In this document: in pieces, positions 1 to 11,699 of the stretch
Position numbering within the stretch: the stretch's first letter is position 1
How the letters are laid out: each line of letters opens with the position of its first letter
From: the human T2T-CHM13v2.0 reference genome, Homo sapiens
DNA length: 64,000 bases
NCBI RefSeq assembly: GCF_009914755.1
Contig: NC_060930.1
Strand: one strand, 5' to 3'
Position numbers and translations under genes: made by a program
Notes under the pieces: generated by a model
The model's input: the letters and a program-made list of their open reading frames with translations, nothing else
The model's database searches: none
What the model was told of the DNA's origin: nothing

Positions 1-39
1 CATGTGTCCTCAGCACTCCTCATGCACCAGGTGCAAATG

Positions 40-300
40 CAACTGCAGCTTTAACTGCTCCCTAAGACATTACCAATACTCAAATCCATCCCTGTCCTGG
101 CCCCTCTCATGAGCTTCAGACTTACACATCCAACTGCCTCCTGGTGTTCTACAGAAAGCTCACCCTACACAGTCTAAAACTGAACTGACCATTTGACCTA
201 CAAACCTAATTCCCCTCCAAAGGAGCTCATCTCATTGAACTTGGCTACCAGCAGCACAGTTAGGGCCAGAAGTGTGAGTCATCCTCCACACGATTCCCTT
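40..300 (+). mobile_element. L2 LINE fragment
   Basis: Diverged L2-like motifs (cagacttacacatccaactgcctcc...tctaaaactgaactg...gagtcatcctc); collinear with the L2 copy at ~61930-62430. Confidence 0.7.
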
Positions 301-385
301 TCTCCGTTTCTCCCTTTCTCTTTCTCTTTCTCTCTCTCTCTCCCTCTTCTCTCTCCTCTCTCTCTCTCTCCACCCCTTCTCTCTC

Positions 386-437
<52 letters not shown>
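296..437. repeat. Compound (CT)n/(CA)n microsatellite
   Basis: Imperfect CT tract followed by a pure CA tract. Confidence 0.97.
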
Positions 438-440
<3 letters not shown>

Positions 441-1112
441 CACACTCAGTTACCATGTCATCAGTTCTGATGATGGGGCCTTTCAATGTAAACAGAGGAG
501 CTCTTATTCTGGATTCATCATTTCAGTGTAGGAGTCTGGAGTCAGAGCTGTTGGGGCTACTGTCTTTCTTTAATTCTATGATGCTATCAAATGTAAGACC
601 CATGTTCATCTCAGCAACATTAAATTGCGGGGGAGGACATGCATTATTTACAATCGAGGACATACTACATTTCTTTCCTTTTATTTTCCAGGAGAATGCC
701 CTGTTATAGCTTTATATCTTTTTGGCTTTCTGTATCTATTAAACATAGAGCTAAGTGGGGCTCTCTTTTGTCTTAGACCACATTGGTGTCCCATTTTTAC
801 TAGCTGAATGTAGGATTTATATGATTAATTTATTCATGGAGGACATGCGTGAGAACTCAAATTGCAGTCAGGATATTGAGTAAAACCTGGACAAGTCTGA
901 GAAATTCTGTAGCAGAAAATACTGAGAGCTGACAAGAAGAAGATGAGACATCCAAGGATGAACTTAGAACACAGATGTCCCCCACTTTCTTTGTGATAAA
1001 GATTTGACTACTTATTACAGATATAGGTTACTCTAGTCATGGGAAGAAAATATGAAACAAACTGAAGAAGAGCAGCAGCATGCAGTGCAATAAAACTTGG
1101 ATGGTATTCTGA

Positions 1113-1410
<298 letters not shown>

Positions 1411-1999
1411 TTTTAATATTATTAATAATATAGAAGATGTGGTTAAGCCTTGATAAAAATATAATCCATTTGAGTTGGGCTAGAGACAAAACCTTGCTCC
1501 TATGCCACAGTTGACACAGCTGAATAAAAACATGAACCAAACAGGGCTCTCTCTCCTTTTCCCTTTCCATCTCCCCCTCCCCCAGGATTCCAGAGGACTA
1601 CAGAAGAGCATGCTGATGACATTAGCAAATTTTTTTTCTAAAGCCTTTTTCTAAAGGCTTTTTCTCAAGCCGTCTCTGCTTCCCAATGCCTCTCCACTAG
1701 CTTGAACTCTAGTCTAAATTGTGGCTATTTGTCTGTCACCTGCACCTCTGCTAGTCTTGCAACAGGTTTCCCTACTTCCAGTCTCTCTTCTCACAAATCA
1801 GTTCTCTTTACTTTTGCACTCATCACAAATTGTAAATACACATATATATTTATTTACTTTCCTAGGATCTTTACTTCCAATGCTTGTCTGTAAGTTCCAT
1901 GAGGGTCTATGTATAATTTGGCAGCATTACAAAGCTTTAAATATGTGAGCTAAATGAATAAATGAAGGACACTATCAACATGGCCTTTCTTAGACAAGG

Positions 2000-2165
2000 T
2001 TCTTAGCTATTTTTGTGGCAGTTTCATCATATATAAATAAGGATCACAATACTGTCTACCTCAAAAGTTGTTAGGGTGATTCATAAAACAAAACTGATAT
2101 ATGTAAAACAGTTAAACAGCATCTGCCACATTAGACGAATTTACTAAGGTACAGCTATTCTAACT
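2000..2165 (+). mobile_element. MIR fragment
   Basis: MIR core-like tctacctcaaaagttgttagggtgatt...atgtaaaacagttaaacag. Confidence 0.6.
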
Positions 2166-3134
2166 TATTATAATATTGCTGTTATCATCATTTAACTCCC
2201 CATAAAATAGAAACCTCTTGTTTCAAGTGACCTTGGCAAGGTATGTCAAATCCAGCATGATGAGGTACAGAAACGATTCAGGGCATTCCACCCTCCTGCT
2301 TTACAGATCCACCTGAATTCTTTTTCTCACCTGCATGCCTTGGTGAGAACACCTTTCCTCTTCTTCACTGGCTATTTAATCTCTACTCATTATTCAAGAA
2401 TATCCTCAGGCATCCTTCTTCTAGGAGGACTGCTATAAGAAGGGCACTACACATATTATAAATGTTCCTCAAATACACATTTAACTAAAAAAATAAATAA
2501 AACCCAGATGTCATCTTGGATGTTCTTGATCTTCTGCTGACAGACTAACATCATAGCAATGCAAAATTTTTTTTCATATACAGCATTAGTCACACCTGTT
2601 ACTAACATGGTCTGGACATCTTTTCAAAGAATTTGGCTCTCACTTCCCTTTCATCCTTGTCCCTCACTTTTACCTGTCCATCTCTACCACATAACAGAAA
2701 TGTTATTGCTAACTCAAAGCATCTTAGCCATCTCTTTCTTGCTTTACCTCTAATGAATGCCTTTAAGCTATAAGCTTCCACTGAAATGCAATTTCCCCAA
2801 AAAAGACAGTTCCCTTCTTATTGGAAACTCTTGTAACTTCTGCCTAGAAAATATTTATTTACACCTGGCTATAAATTAATGATGGAGACTGGCAATTATA
2901 TTCAACTTAGCAGTGCCAGCTGAAAGTGTTCGGTCTCCAGGAAATGCACAGCCCTGGGGGATCCAATCCTACTTGGTGTCAAGAAAACAGAACAGAAATG
3001 TTCCAGACTTCAAGAAACATTATAATAGCCAAAACAAAAGGATGAAACAAATTGAAGAGAGACAATTTAAGAGAGGTGCAGGAGAATCCAAAATGCAACT
3101 GCAAAGGTGAAACCAGTCAAACCACCTCTTTCTT

Positions 3135-3254
3135 TTTTTTTTTTTTCTGCTTTAAGTTTTAGGGTACCTGTGCACAACGTGCAGGTTTGTTACATATGTA
3201 TACCTAATGTTAAATGACAAGTTAATGGGTGCAGCACACCAACATGGCACATGT
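3135..3254 (-). mobile_element. Miniature L1PA4/5-like 3' end with 5' inversion
   Basis: Poly-T plus reverse L1 3' terminus to ~3203, then forward L1 3'UTR (tacctaatgttaaatgac...catggcacatgt); 16-bp TSD aaaccacctctttctt at 3119-3134 and 3255-3270. Confidence 0.95.
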
Positions 3255-4853
3255 AAACCACCTCTTTCTTGACCAACTCCTTCATTTGAGCCAAAACATG
3301 AAATAAATGGAAAAATTGTGTTATAAACATGACTAGAAAAATATTATGTTACAGACACAGCTGAAGTAAGTCTCTAAGTCACATGTGATAGAAAAACTAA
3401 CAAGCAACATTGGGGAACAGAAAGATATAATTAAAGTGTTTACATTGCAAACTATATTCATTTATACAATCAAGTCAATAACAACGTCAATGTACATAAT
3501 TTCCTTCCAGCTCTGTCTTCTGTGAGCTCCTTTTCATCATCTTTGGGTTTCTCCTTTCTCTTCACAATCTCATTCACAATATAAAAACGATAAGGACTTA
3601 GTGCAGTTACAAGAATAATGGAATATTTTCCAACATGTTAATATCATATAAAATGGTTACCCCATACAGCATCCATTTTTCTAATTGGAACCAAATTTTC
3701 AAATAAGTGTACACATATCACTAAGCAACCCATCTAACTTTTCAATTCTTGGTTCCATTTTCATAATAAGAGAAGCATATTTTCTTATTTCCACTTTAAA
3801 ATAAACATTTTTCCCTGGAAAGTATTTTTAAACAAGTGAGTCAATACATTCTAGACAGAGGAATTACAACTATGACTCAGGGCTATGGAAAAAGTTTCCC
3901 ACAATAAATTACGATGATTAGTGCTGGTAGACAAAGTGCTTCAGCTCCTGCAGCAAAGTCTTCCCTGCTCCTTTCATTAATCAGACTGCTTACCTGGCTT
4001 TATCATTAGTACTAGGCCTTTCAATGTGATGCCTGAACCAATTAATACATAATTTAAATCAGAAGCATGTTTAAAATTCTCTCAGAGTATCCTATAGTGA
4101 CTAGGGTGAAAGAACTCAAGTATGTAATCCTGCATTAATTCCATAAGTTTGTTTGTAAAAGTAATTGATTATCACTGGCAGCAATAAGTTTTTTGAAGCA
4201 AAAGCTACCTTTTTTCCTTTTCAATGTCCCTTTTTACATGCGAGATAGTATTATCCACAGAGTTGAATGATCGATAGCCATGGGATGAAAAATATCTTTC
4301 TAAACCTACATCAACACGGCCTGAAAGATTTTTCTTGAGTTTTTCTATCATATCAACCTCTCAATATTGGTATTAACAAAGGATAAAACTTACGAAGATC
4401 CTGAAATGTACTAGATAATAAGTTAAACTAGGTAAACCACTGCTAGCTCCTTATTCACTGATTTCATGAATGGACAAGAGAATGACAAAGACCCACTCAT
4501 CATTTTCCCACATGACCTGCAGGTGCATATGTCCCCAAGACATCTATATAGACTCCAATGACAATCTACTTGCCAGGAATGAAAGTGAAAATAAAGGACT
4601 TTGCTTGAAAGGTGTCAGGCACTGTCAACTGCTGATAATAGCCTTTGATCATCCTTATTTCAATTCTCATTGTAGCCAAATTGCCACTAATAGTGATTTA
4701 GATCCCTACTGCCATGTTAAAATGATTGTCCCAAACTATTAGTTCATAAACTTGAGTATATGTGACAATCTTCCCTTGGATTTACCCTGCTCAAAAAAAT
4801 AATTTTAGGCATTACTTTTAACCCAAGAGACATACACACCCCTAGCCCCAGTA

Positions 4854-4857
<4 letters not shown>

Positions 4858-4913
<56 letters not shown>

Positions 4914-4923
4914 CTCTCTCTCT
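4858..4923. repeat. (CT)n(CA)n(CT)n microsatellite
   Basis: Directly visible dinucleotide tracts. Confidence 0.97.
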
Positions 4924-5039
4924 TCTTTTTTGTGAAGAACCTTTATTTTTTTCACTTTCTAGTGACAGTGTGTCTTAGGAGAGCCTGGACTCCTTTGCTC
5001 CTTTGCAGGCTTGGGAGGTGATCATAACAGGTAGTGAGG

Positions 5040-5500
5040 AGATAAAGCTGAACTAGTCTAATCATAATCAATCATGATCATTCCATTCCCCTTCCTAGTG
5101 ACTGAGTTTTAGATGGTCATCTGATACAATTAGGGCAAAAGCAACATTAAGGGGGAATGCACAGGGGAGTTCTGGGGACATTTTTCCTTACTTCCATAGC
5201 TGGATATATTCCAGAAAATGATTCTTCTTTCTGCCTTTGAGTTTGTAGTGATGCTAGGAGATGCTGCAGCCATCTTAAAGCAATGAGGATCAAGTCAGAG
5301 GGTAAGTACCAATACACTGAGGATGGCAGAAAGATGGAAAAATCTGGATTCTTGATGACATTGACCTGTTCAGTTATTTGATCTTGGAACCACTTTACCT
5401 CAGGGCTTCTGCTTATGTGAGATAATATATAATAAATTATTTGAGCCCATTTTGTTATAACAAATTTATATGCAGTTAAAAGCAGCTTATCTGATACCAC
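5040..5500 (+). mobile_element. MLT1 (J/K-like) MaLR solo LTR
   Basis: ccattccccttcctagtgactg...gatgctgcagccatctt...gttaaaagcagcttatctgatac, typical of old MLT1 LTRs. Confidence 0.7.
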
Positions 5501-5729
5501 AACCAGGGTTGTTTTCTCAATACCTTCCAAAGACACCATTTTTCCAGAGCAAAGGGACCTATATAAATGTAAAAAAAATAAAGTACAAATTGAATCAAAT
5601 AATCAGAACAATCTCATATGCTTACTTTTTTGCTAAATATAACTCTACTTGTCCTTGTAATTTTATGTGAAGACATAAGAATTCTCTCAAGAATATACAC
5701 AGTAAGCAACTATTTGCAGCACACAGTAC

Positions 5730-5965
5730 AACATGGAGATTAAGGCCCTGGACTCAAGCAAACAGAAATTTAGTCCTTGATCTGCCTCTTCCTAGCTATG
5801 TAACTTAGGCAAACAATATAATCTTCCTCACCTTCACTTTCTTTATCAGTACAGTACTGAAAATGATAGTACTTAAGTCTCTGGGTTAATATTGTCATGA
5901 TGAGCAAATCATGTACCTAGCTTAGCACTTAGCATATAATCATGATTCAGTAAATATTGGCTACA
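5730..5965 (+). mobile_element. MIR
   Basis: ctctt cctagctatgtaacttaggcaaac...cttagcacttagcatataatc. Confidence 0.75.
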
Positions 5966-6231
5966 AAAATAGTACAATATATGAACACACCAATATTACA
6001 AAGAAATAAGAGTTTAGATATTCAACATATTAAAAACATCAACCTACAAAGCACAGCTACATATTTTTGTGTTGCTAATGTTATTAAGAAATCAAAAAGT
6101 CAAAGCAACTGCAGGAGGACTTAGAAAGAAGTCTAAGTCTCAGTTTTCCTTTCAAAAGAGCAAGGTCAGATTCAATTAAATGAGAATTATTCAGGTAACA
6201 CTATGCTAGCTTTATTTATAGGTAATATTCT

Positions 6232-8111
6232 TATCTTGCTCTGTTTTGTGTTGCTATAATGGAACAACACAGACTGGGTAATTTAAAAGATAAATAAATT
6301 TATTTCCCACAATTGTGGATGATGGGAAGTTCAATATTAAGGTGCCAGCATCTTGTGAGATGATCTTCTACCTCATCCCATGGCAGAAAGCAGAAGGGAA
6401 AAAGAATGCAAGAGAGGGCTGGGAAGGGGGCCAAACCCATCCTTTTATCAGGAACCCACTCCCACAACGACGAGCCCATTCCTCTGCGGTATTAATTCTC
6501 TAATAAGAAGTCTTATTCGGTCCCACTCCCCAATACATTTGCATTGAGAATTAAATTTCCAACACATAAACTTTGGCAGACACACTCAAACCATAGAATT
6601 CCACCCCAGCTCCCCAAATTTATGTCCTTCTAACAATGCAAAATACCCTCATACTATCCCAAGAGTCCCAAAAGTCTTGTCTCACTCCAGCATCGACTCA
6701 AAAATTCAAAGTCCAGAGTGCCATCTAAATCAGATATGGGTGAGACTCAAGGCACAATTCATCCTGAGGCAACTCTCTCTCTAGCTGTGAGCCTGTGAAG
6801 TTAGCAAATTACATACTTCCAAAAAACAATGATAGAACGGGTTTAGAATAAATATTCTCATTCCAAAATGGAGGAATAAGCAGGAAGAAATAAATAACTC
6901 GTCCCAAGTAAGTCCAAAACCCAACTGGGAGAACAACATTAAGTTTGAAAGCTCCAGAATAATCTCCTTTCACTCAGTGCTCCACATCCTGGGCACACTG
7001 GTGTAGGAGTTAGACTACCAAAGCCTCAGGCAGCCCTGCTCCTATGGCTTTGCTAGGTTCAATCCACTCAGCAGCTCTTCTGAGTTGGAGTCACACTTTT
7101 TTATTCTTCATAAGGTCAGACTGAAAGTTTTCCAAATCTTGCCATTCTGTTTCCATTTTAACTATAGATTCTGTCTTTAAATTATGTCTGTCTTCTTGCA
7201 TCTTACTATAAGCAGTTAAAAGTAGCCACATAGCTCTGCCAATATTTTGCTTTGAAATGTTCTGCCACCAGATATCCTAGTTCATTGCTCTTAAGTTCTG
7301 CCTTCCATAAAGTCCTCAGGCATGAATACAATTCAGCCAAGTTCTTCACCACTTTGTTCAAGGATGACCTTTCCTCCAGTTTTCAATGCCTTCTTGTTCC
7401 ACATTTCAATCTAAGACCTCATCAGAATGGCCTTTACTGTCCATATTTCTACAAAGATTCTGACCACAACCACTTAAATCATTCCTAAGACAGGCTTTCC
7501 TTGTAGCTCTTATCTTCTGAGCCTTCACCAGAATTGATGTGCTCTGTTCACAGCATTCTAGGCTTTTTCCAGCCTGCTCCTCTGAATTCTTCCAGCTTCT
7601 ATTTACTACCCAGTCCCAAAGCTGCTTCCACATTTTCAGGTATTTATAATGGCAACAGTCCCATCTCTTGGTAGTCAATTTTCTGTCTTAGTCTGCTTTG
7701 TGTTGCTATTACAGAACAACACAGACTGGGTAACTTTAAAAGAAAACTAATTTATTCCTCACAGTCAGTCCTGGAGGCTGGGAAGTCCAATATCAAGGTG
7801 CCAGCATCTTGTGAGAGCCTTCTTACTACAATACACCATGGCAGAATAAGCAGAAAGAAATGAACAACTGGTCCCAAGTTATTCTGTGTCAAAGGGGATG
7901 AAAGTGTAACAGAGAGTGGGGAAGGGGGCCAAAAAAGTCATTTTAGCAGGGACTCACTCCCAAGGTAACCAACCCACTTCTGGAATAACAGCATTAATCC
8001 TCTAATAAGAGGTGGCCTAATAACCTCTTATTAAGCCCCACCTCCCAACACTTGCTTTGGCGATTAAGTTTCCAACACATGCACTTTGGATGATACACTC
8101 AAACCATAGCA
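6232..8111 (-). mobile_element. MST (MaLR) provirus: LTR-int-LTR with internally deleted body
   Basis: Two direct-repeat LTRs (~6232-6598 and ~7685-8111), each running ...tgtgttgctat...acagactgggtaa...cactcaaaccatag, flanking ~1.1 kb of MST-int-like sequence. Confidence 0.88.
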
Positions 8112-8614
8112 GCACTTCCTCATTTTTTAAAAATAGGATTGAATCTAAAACCCATTGGGTAAAACATAACACAGTACATGAAAAATATAATGCATACTCT
8201 GCAACTTTATTTAAACCATGAACCAAAGCAGTTGAGTATAAGAAATACTCAAACAGGTTCAAATGAGGGCTCTCCTTTTAACTCTAGAAGTAATCTCTGG
8301 CTGCCTCTTAGAAACAGAGATGAAAATCATTTTGAATCCAAATTAGAGAAATAGAATTCAAAACAGAGAAATAAAAGAAATACATATCTAATAATCACTG
8401 CTGTATACTTGCCAAAACCTACTAAACTGTAGAGACAGAGAAAAATAGTATTCAATTGTTAAGGATTCTGGACAATGATTATGGATTGTTGACAATAAAT
8501 ACATATGTGTAAGGAAGTAAATGCAATAAACAGATTCTTAAATTAGAATCTGATGTAGACATATATTGTTAACAATAATTATTTATATTTTTAAATGTTT
8601 TGTTCCAATACTTC

Positions 8615-8760
8615 AAATCATTCAACAAATATGTATTCAATACCTATCAGATATCAGACCATATAGTTTCCAGACACTACAGATGAATAAAGCATGACCC
8701 TACCTCAAGGAAATCACAGTCCACTTAGGGGGACAGATATGTGCTATAATATGGATATGC
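8615..8760 (-). mobile_element. L2 3' end fragment
   Basis: cattcaacaaatatgtattcaatacctatc...ccctacctcaaggaaatcacagtc. Confidence 0.65.
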
Positions 8761-9169
8761 TCCCAGTATTATAGATGTTTATGGCAATGAAATTTGAAGA
8801 TTTAAGTGTATGTCTAGTTTACCAATAATGACACCAAAATAATTGCTCTAGGTAATGATTGTATCTACAAACAGATATGTAAACAAACATTAATAGATGT
8901 ACTAGGTAATTAGTTCCTGGACCATTAACTAGCACCTGAGACCTGTGTGTGGGTCTTCCTTACTGAACCGCTGAAGCCAGTTTCATGCATCTCTTTAACA
9001 CTTGCAGTGCCTGGTTTGATGCCGTACTTAACACCGGGCACTCGATGTCCCTTGACTGAATTTGGTATAACATTCTGAAAGCCCATTTGTTTCTTTATTG
9101 AGGCAGTGTTACATGGACATGCCCTGTTTAAACAAATGCCCTGCCATCTATATATCCTGCCTATTATGT

Positions 9170-9315
9170 AACGCCCCTGTCATGTAAACTCATTGCTCTC
9201 GAGTTCCTTCATTTTTCAAACAGAATGGCTCTACTGACCTCCCAGGGTGGTAATGAATATGAAGATGGCATATGAATTTTCTGGCAAGCAGTTGGCACTC
9301 AATAAATGTTATTGC
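9170..9315 (+). mobile_element. MIR fragment
   Basis: ctgacctcccagggtggtaatgaatatgaag...ggcactcaataaatgttatt. Confidence 0.6.
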
Positions 9316-9766
9316 CTTTTTCCTTGTCTTCATCCTCTCCCCTCCCAATTCTATAAGCAAATATGACCAAAAATTTGCTTCAATTAATATATACAAGGGA
9401 CAATTAACAATAACTAAGTACTTTTGAGCCTGCTTAGGTTACTGTTAATATTTTCACATCAAACATATTAAAGGTAGGTAGAATTATTTTACATCCTATA
9501 TTTACTTTATTAAATTATGGATTATAAATTAGAAATAAAGCAAAACTATTTTGTTGAAGGAAATTATTGCACATGCAAATAGGACTAACATTTCTGTTGC
9601 TAGAATAAATATCTTTTTATAGGGCTTAAGCTGATTTTTTTATAGCCTGGAACCTAAGAATGAATATTAATTACAGAAAATCTTATTAAAGAACTGACAT
9701 GCCTCTGTGCCTGAAGAATTCTAAGTTTGAAGCCATTTTACCCCAGTCATAGTAAATAGATGCAGG

Positions 9767-9819
9767 CTGAATGCACCCAATCTCTGATCTCAGAAGCTAA
9801 GCAGGGTCAGCCAGATGGA
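9767..9819 (+). pseudogene. Truncated tailless 5S rRNA retropseudogene
   Basis: ctgaatgcacccaatctctgatctcagaagctaagcagggtcagcc matches 5S rRNA CTGAACGCGCCCGATCTCGTCTGATCTCGGAAGCTAAGCAGGGTCGGGCC with CpG decay and small deletions; 17-bp TSD at 9754-9770 and 9820-9836; no poly-A. Confidence 0.9.
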
Positions 9820-10029
9820 AAATAGATGTGGGCTGAGGGTCTAAAAGAAATATGTGTGCCTATGCCTGGCAAGCTGCACCCTTTTGGGTCCATTTCAGTT
9901 GCCAGTGTTTGGACTTGTGATACCTGCTCCATGAAGCTGCCCCCAAATTCCCAGGGAGAGTTAGGCATAATAATAGGAATGACTTCATAGAGGAAACACA
10001 CACATATTGGATAAGTGTTCTCGGCCACT

Positions 10030-10160
10030 AGGCTTAGACATCTATGAACACTTTCTCACGTAATTCTCACAATGAACTTATGAAGTTTGCACTATTGCCT
10101 GATTTACACAATAGAAAACTGAGGCTCTGAGGTTACTTTCTCAAGGTTACAAACCCAAGT
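10030..10160 (-). mobile_element. MIR fragment
   Basis: taattctcacaatgaacttatgaag...gaaaactgaggctctgagg. Confidence 0.7.
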
Positions 10161-10181
10161 CTATTGGATGGCAAAGACTAT

Positions 10182-10668
10182 TGTATTATTCAGGGTTCTT
10201 CCAAGAAACAGAACCAGCAGGATATATACAGATATATAAGAGGAGATTTACTTCAGGAACTGACTCACTTGATTATGGAAGCCAAGAAGTCCCATGATCT
10301 GCCATCTGCAAGTTGGAAAACCAAGAAAACTGGTGGAATAATTCAGTTTGAGACCAAAGGTCTGAGGACGGGGAGAATTTGCCCTTTCTGCACCTTTTTG
10401 CTCTATCCAGCCCCTCAATAGACTGGATGATGCTGCATTGAGGAGGGTGATCTACCCATTCAAATAGAGTGATTATGGAAGCCAAGAAGTCCCATGATCT
10501 TAACTCACTTGATTATGATCTCCGTCTACTCATTCGAATAGATGACTAGTTGCTCTAAATATGAATCTCTCCCAGAAACACCCTCACAGACACACCCAGA
10601 TATAATGTTTTACCAGCTATCCGGGCATCTCCTAACATATTAGTTGACACATACAATTCATTACCACA
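10182..10668 (-). mobile_element. MLT2 (ERVL) solo LTR with internal rearrangement
   Basis: tgtattattcagggttcttccaagaaacagaaccagcagg...cagaaacaccctcacagacacacccag...ttaccaca. Confidence 0.85.
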
Positions 10669-11109
10669 GCTTTGTTTCTAACCAAATATCATTTTGTCCC
10701 CTTGTTTACCTTCTGGGGTTTTTTAGAACAATGCCCTTAAGAGAGCCTGTCACCAACTGCTGATTACCCATATGCCTGGAGTAACAGGGTTTGTGCCTCA
10801 ATGTAGTCTGGCTACCCACATTGCTTAAGCCCATTGACACTTTTTGTGGCAAGATTTTCAAGACAGAGGAAGCAGTGCATTGATTTGCTTTCTGGTGCAT
10901 GTTCCTTATTGCCTGAGACCATTTTGACTAGTTGCTCTAAAATTTTGCCCTGTGTGCCTGCCTTCCTTGCTGCCTTCCTTAACTTCTCTGTTTGTTTGCC
11001 TCTGAAGTTGGACTATGGACTCCTTGTGAGCAGCGATTTGAGCTGACTTTGTTCTGCTGGAGCCATTACCATTTAATTAAAAATGACATGTGAGGTGAAA
11101 CCTACTTAC

Positions 11110-11270
11110 CATCCCTGTGCTTCAGGGTTTTCTGGGGGCACCTTCAGGGCACCTCTAGACTGTTGTCCAAACAGCAGGTGGGGAATGAGGACAACTGGAT
11201 TAACAGACATCTTGGAGAGTCCCACAGTAATGGCATCAAGGGTCCTTGTCAGGTTGCCCCAAGGAAAATG
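11110..11270 (-). other. Candidate internal exon (161 nt) of an unidentified minus-strand transcript
   Basis: Acceptor gtttttaatttttag|C and donor ATG|GTAAGT; unique, GC-richer than its flanks, one frame fully open. Confidence 0.4.
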
Positions 11271-11699
11271 CTAAAAATTAAAAACTGTTGCTTCTGGATT
11301 CCACTGAAAGTCACATGTAGCAGCTCACAATGAACTAAATACTTAACTGGGTAATATTGAGTCCTACATACACCTTCCCTGAAGTCTTTGGGGGAAAAGC
11401 ATCAAGTCAGCTAGGGAGGGACTTTTTAACCCAAAGCTGATAATGTTTTCTTAGCCAACCAACTAATTGCCTAGTTTTTTTACAATAGCCTTGTGTAGTG
11501 GGGGGCAGGGCAGGTTGGGAAGAAAGGGAGTAGGCAGCAAAATACCTCCACTGTCTTAATAGTTGAATTTCAACCTGCACCTCACTCTGCATACTGATAC
11601 ACTCTGCACACTAATACACTCTGCTGCCCTCTGAGAGGATTCTAGGACCACATAGTTCATTTTAATTTAAAAAATAGGTTTTGCTTGCCTTCCTTTGAC

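Noticed and set aside
193-531. 112-aa and overlapping ORFs with SLSL/HTHT/RERE runs
   Set aside because: Translations of the CT/CA microsatellite.
1623-1661. Three imperfect ~13-bp tandem units (tttttctaaagcc)
   Set aside because: Ordinary slippage; no spacers, not CRISPR-like.
3988-4032. Minus-strand donor CAG|GTAAGC with a possible 39-nt exon
   Set aside because: The nearest acceptor has a poor polypyrimidine tract; could be chance.
11585-11625. 17-bp tandem repeat (actctgcatactgatac), ~2.4 copies
   Set aside because: Small local duplication with no further structure.
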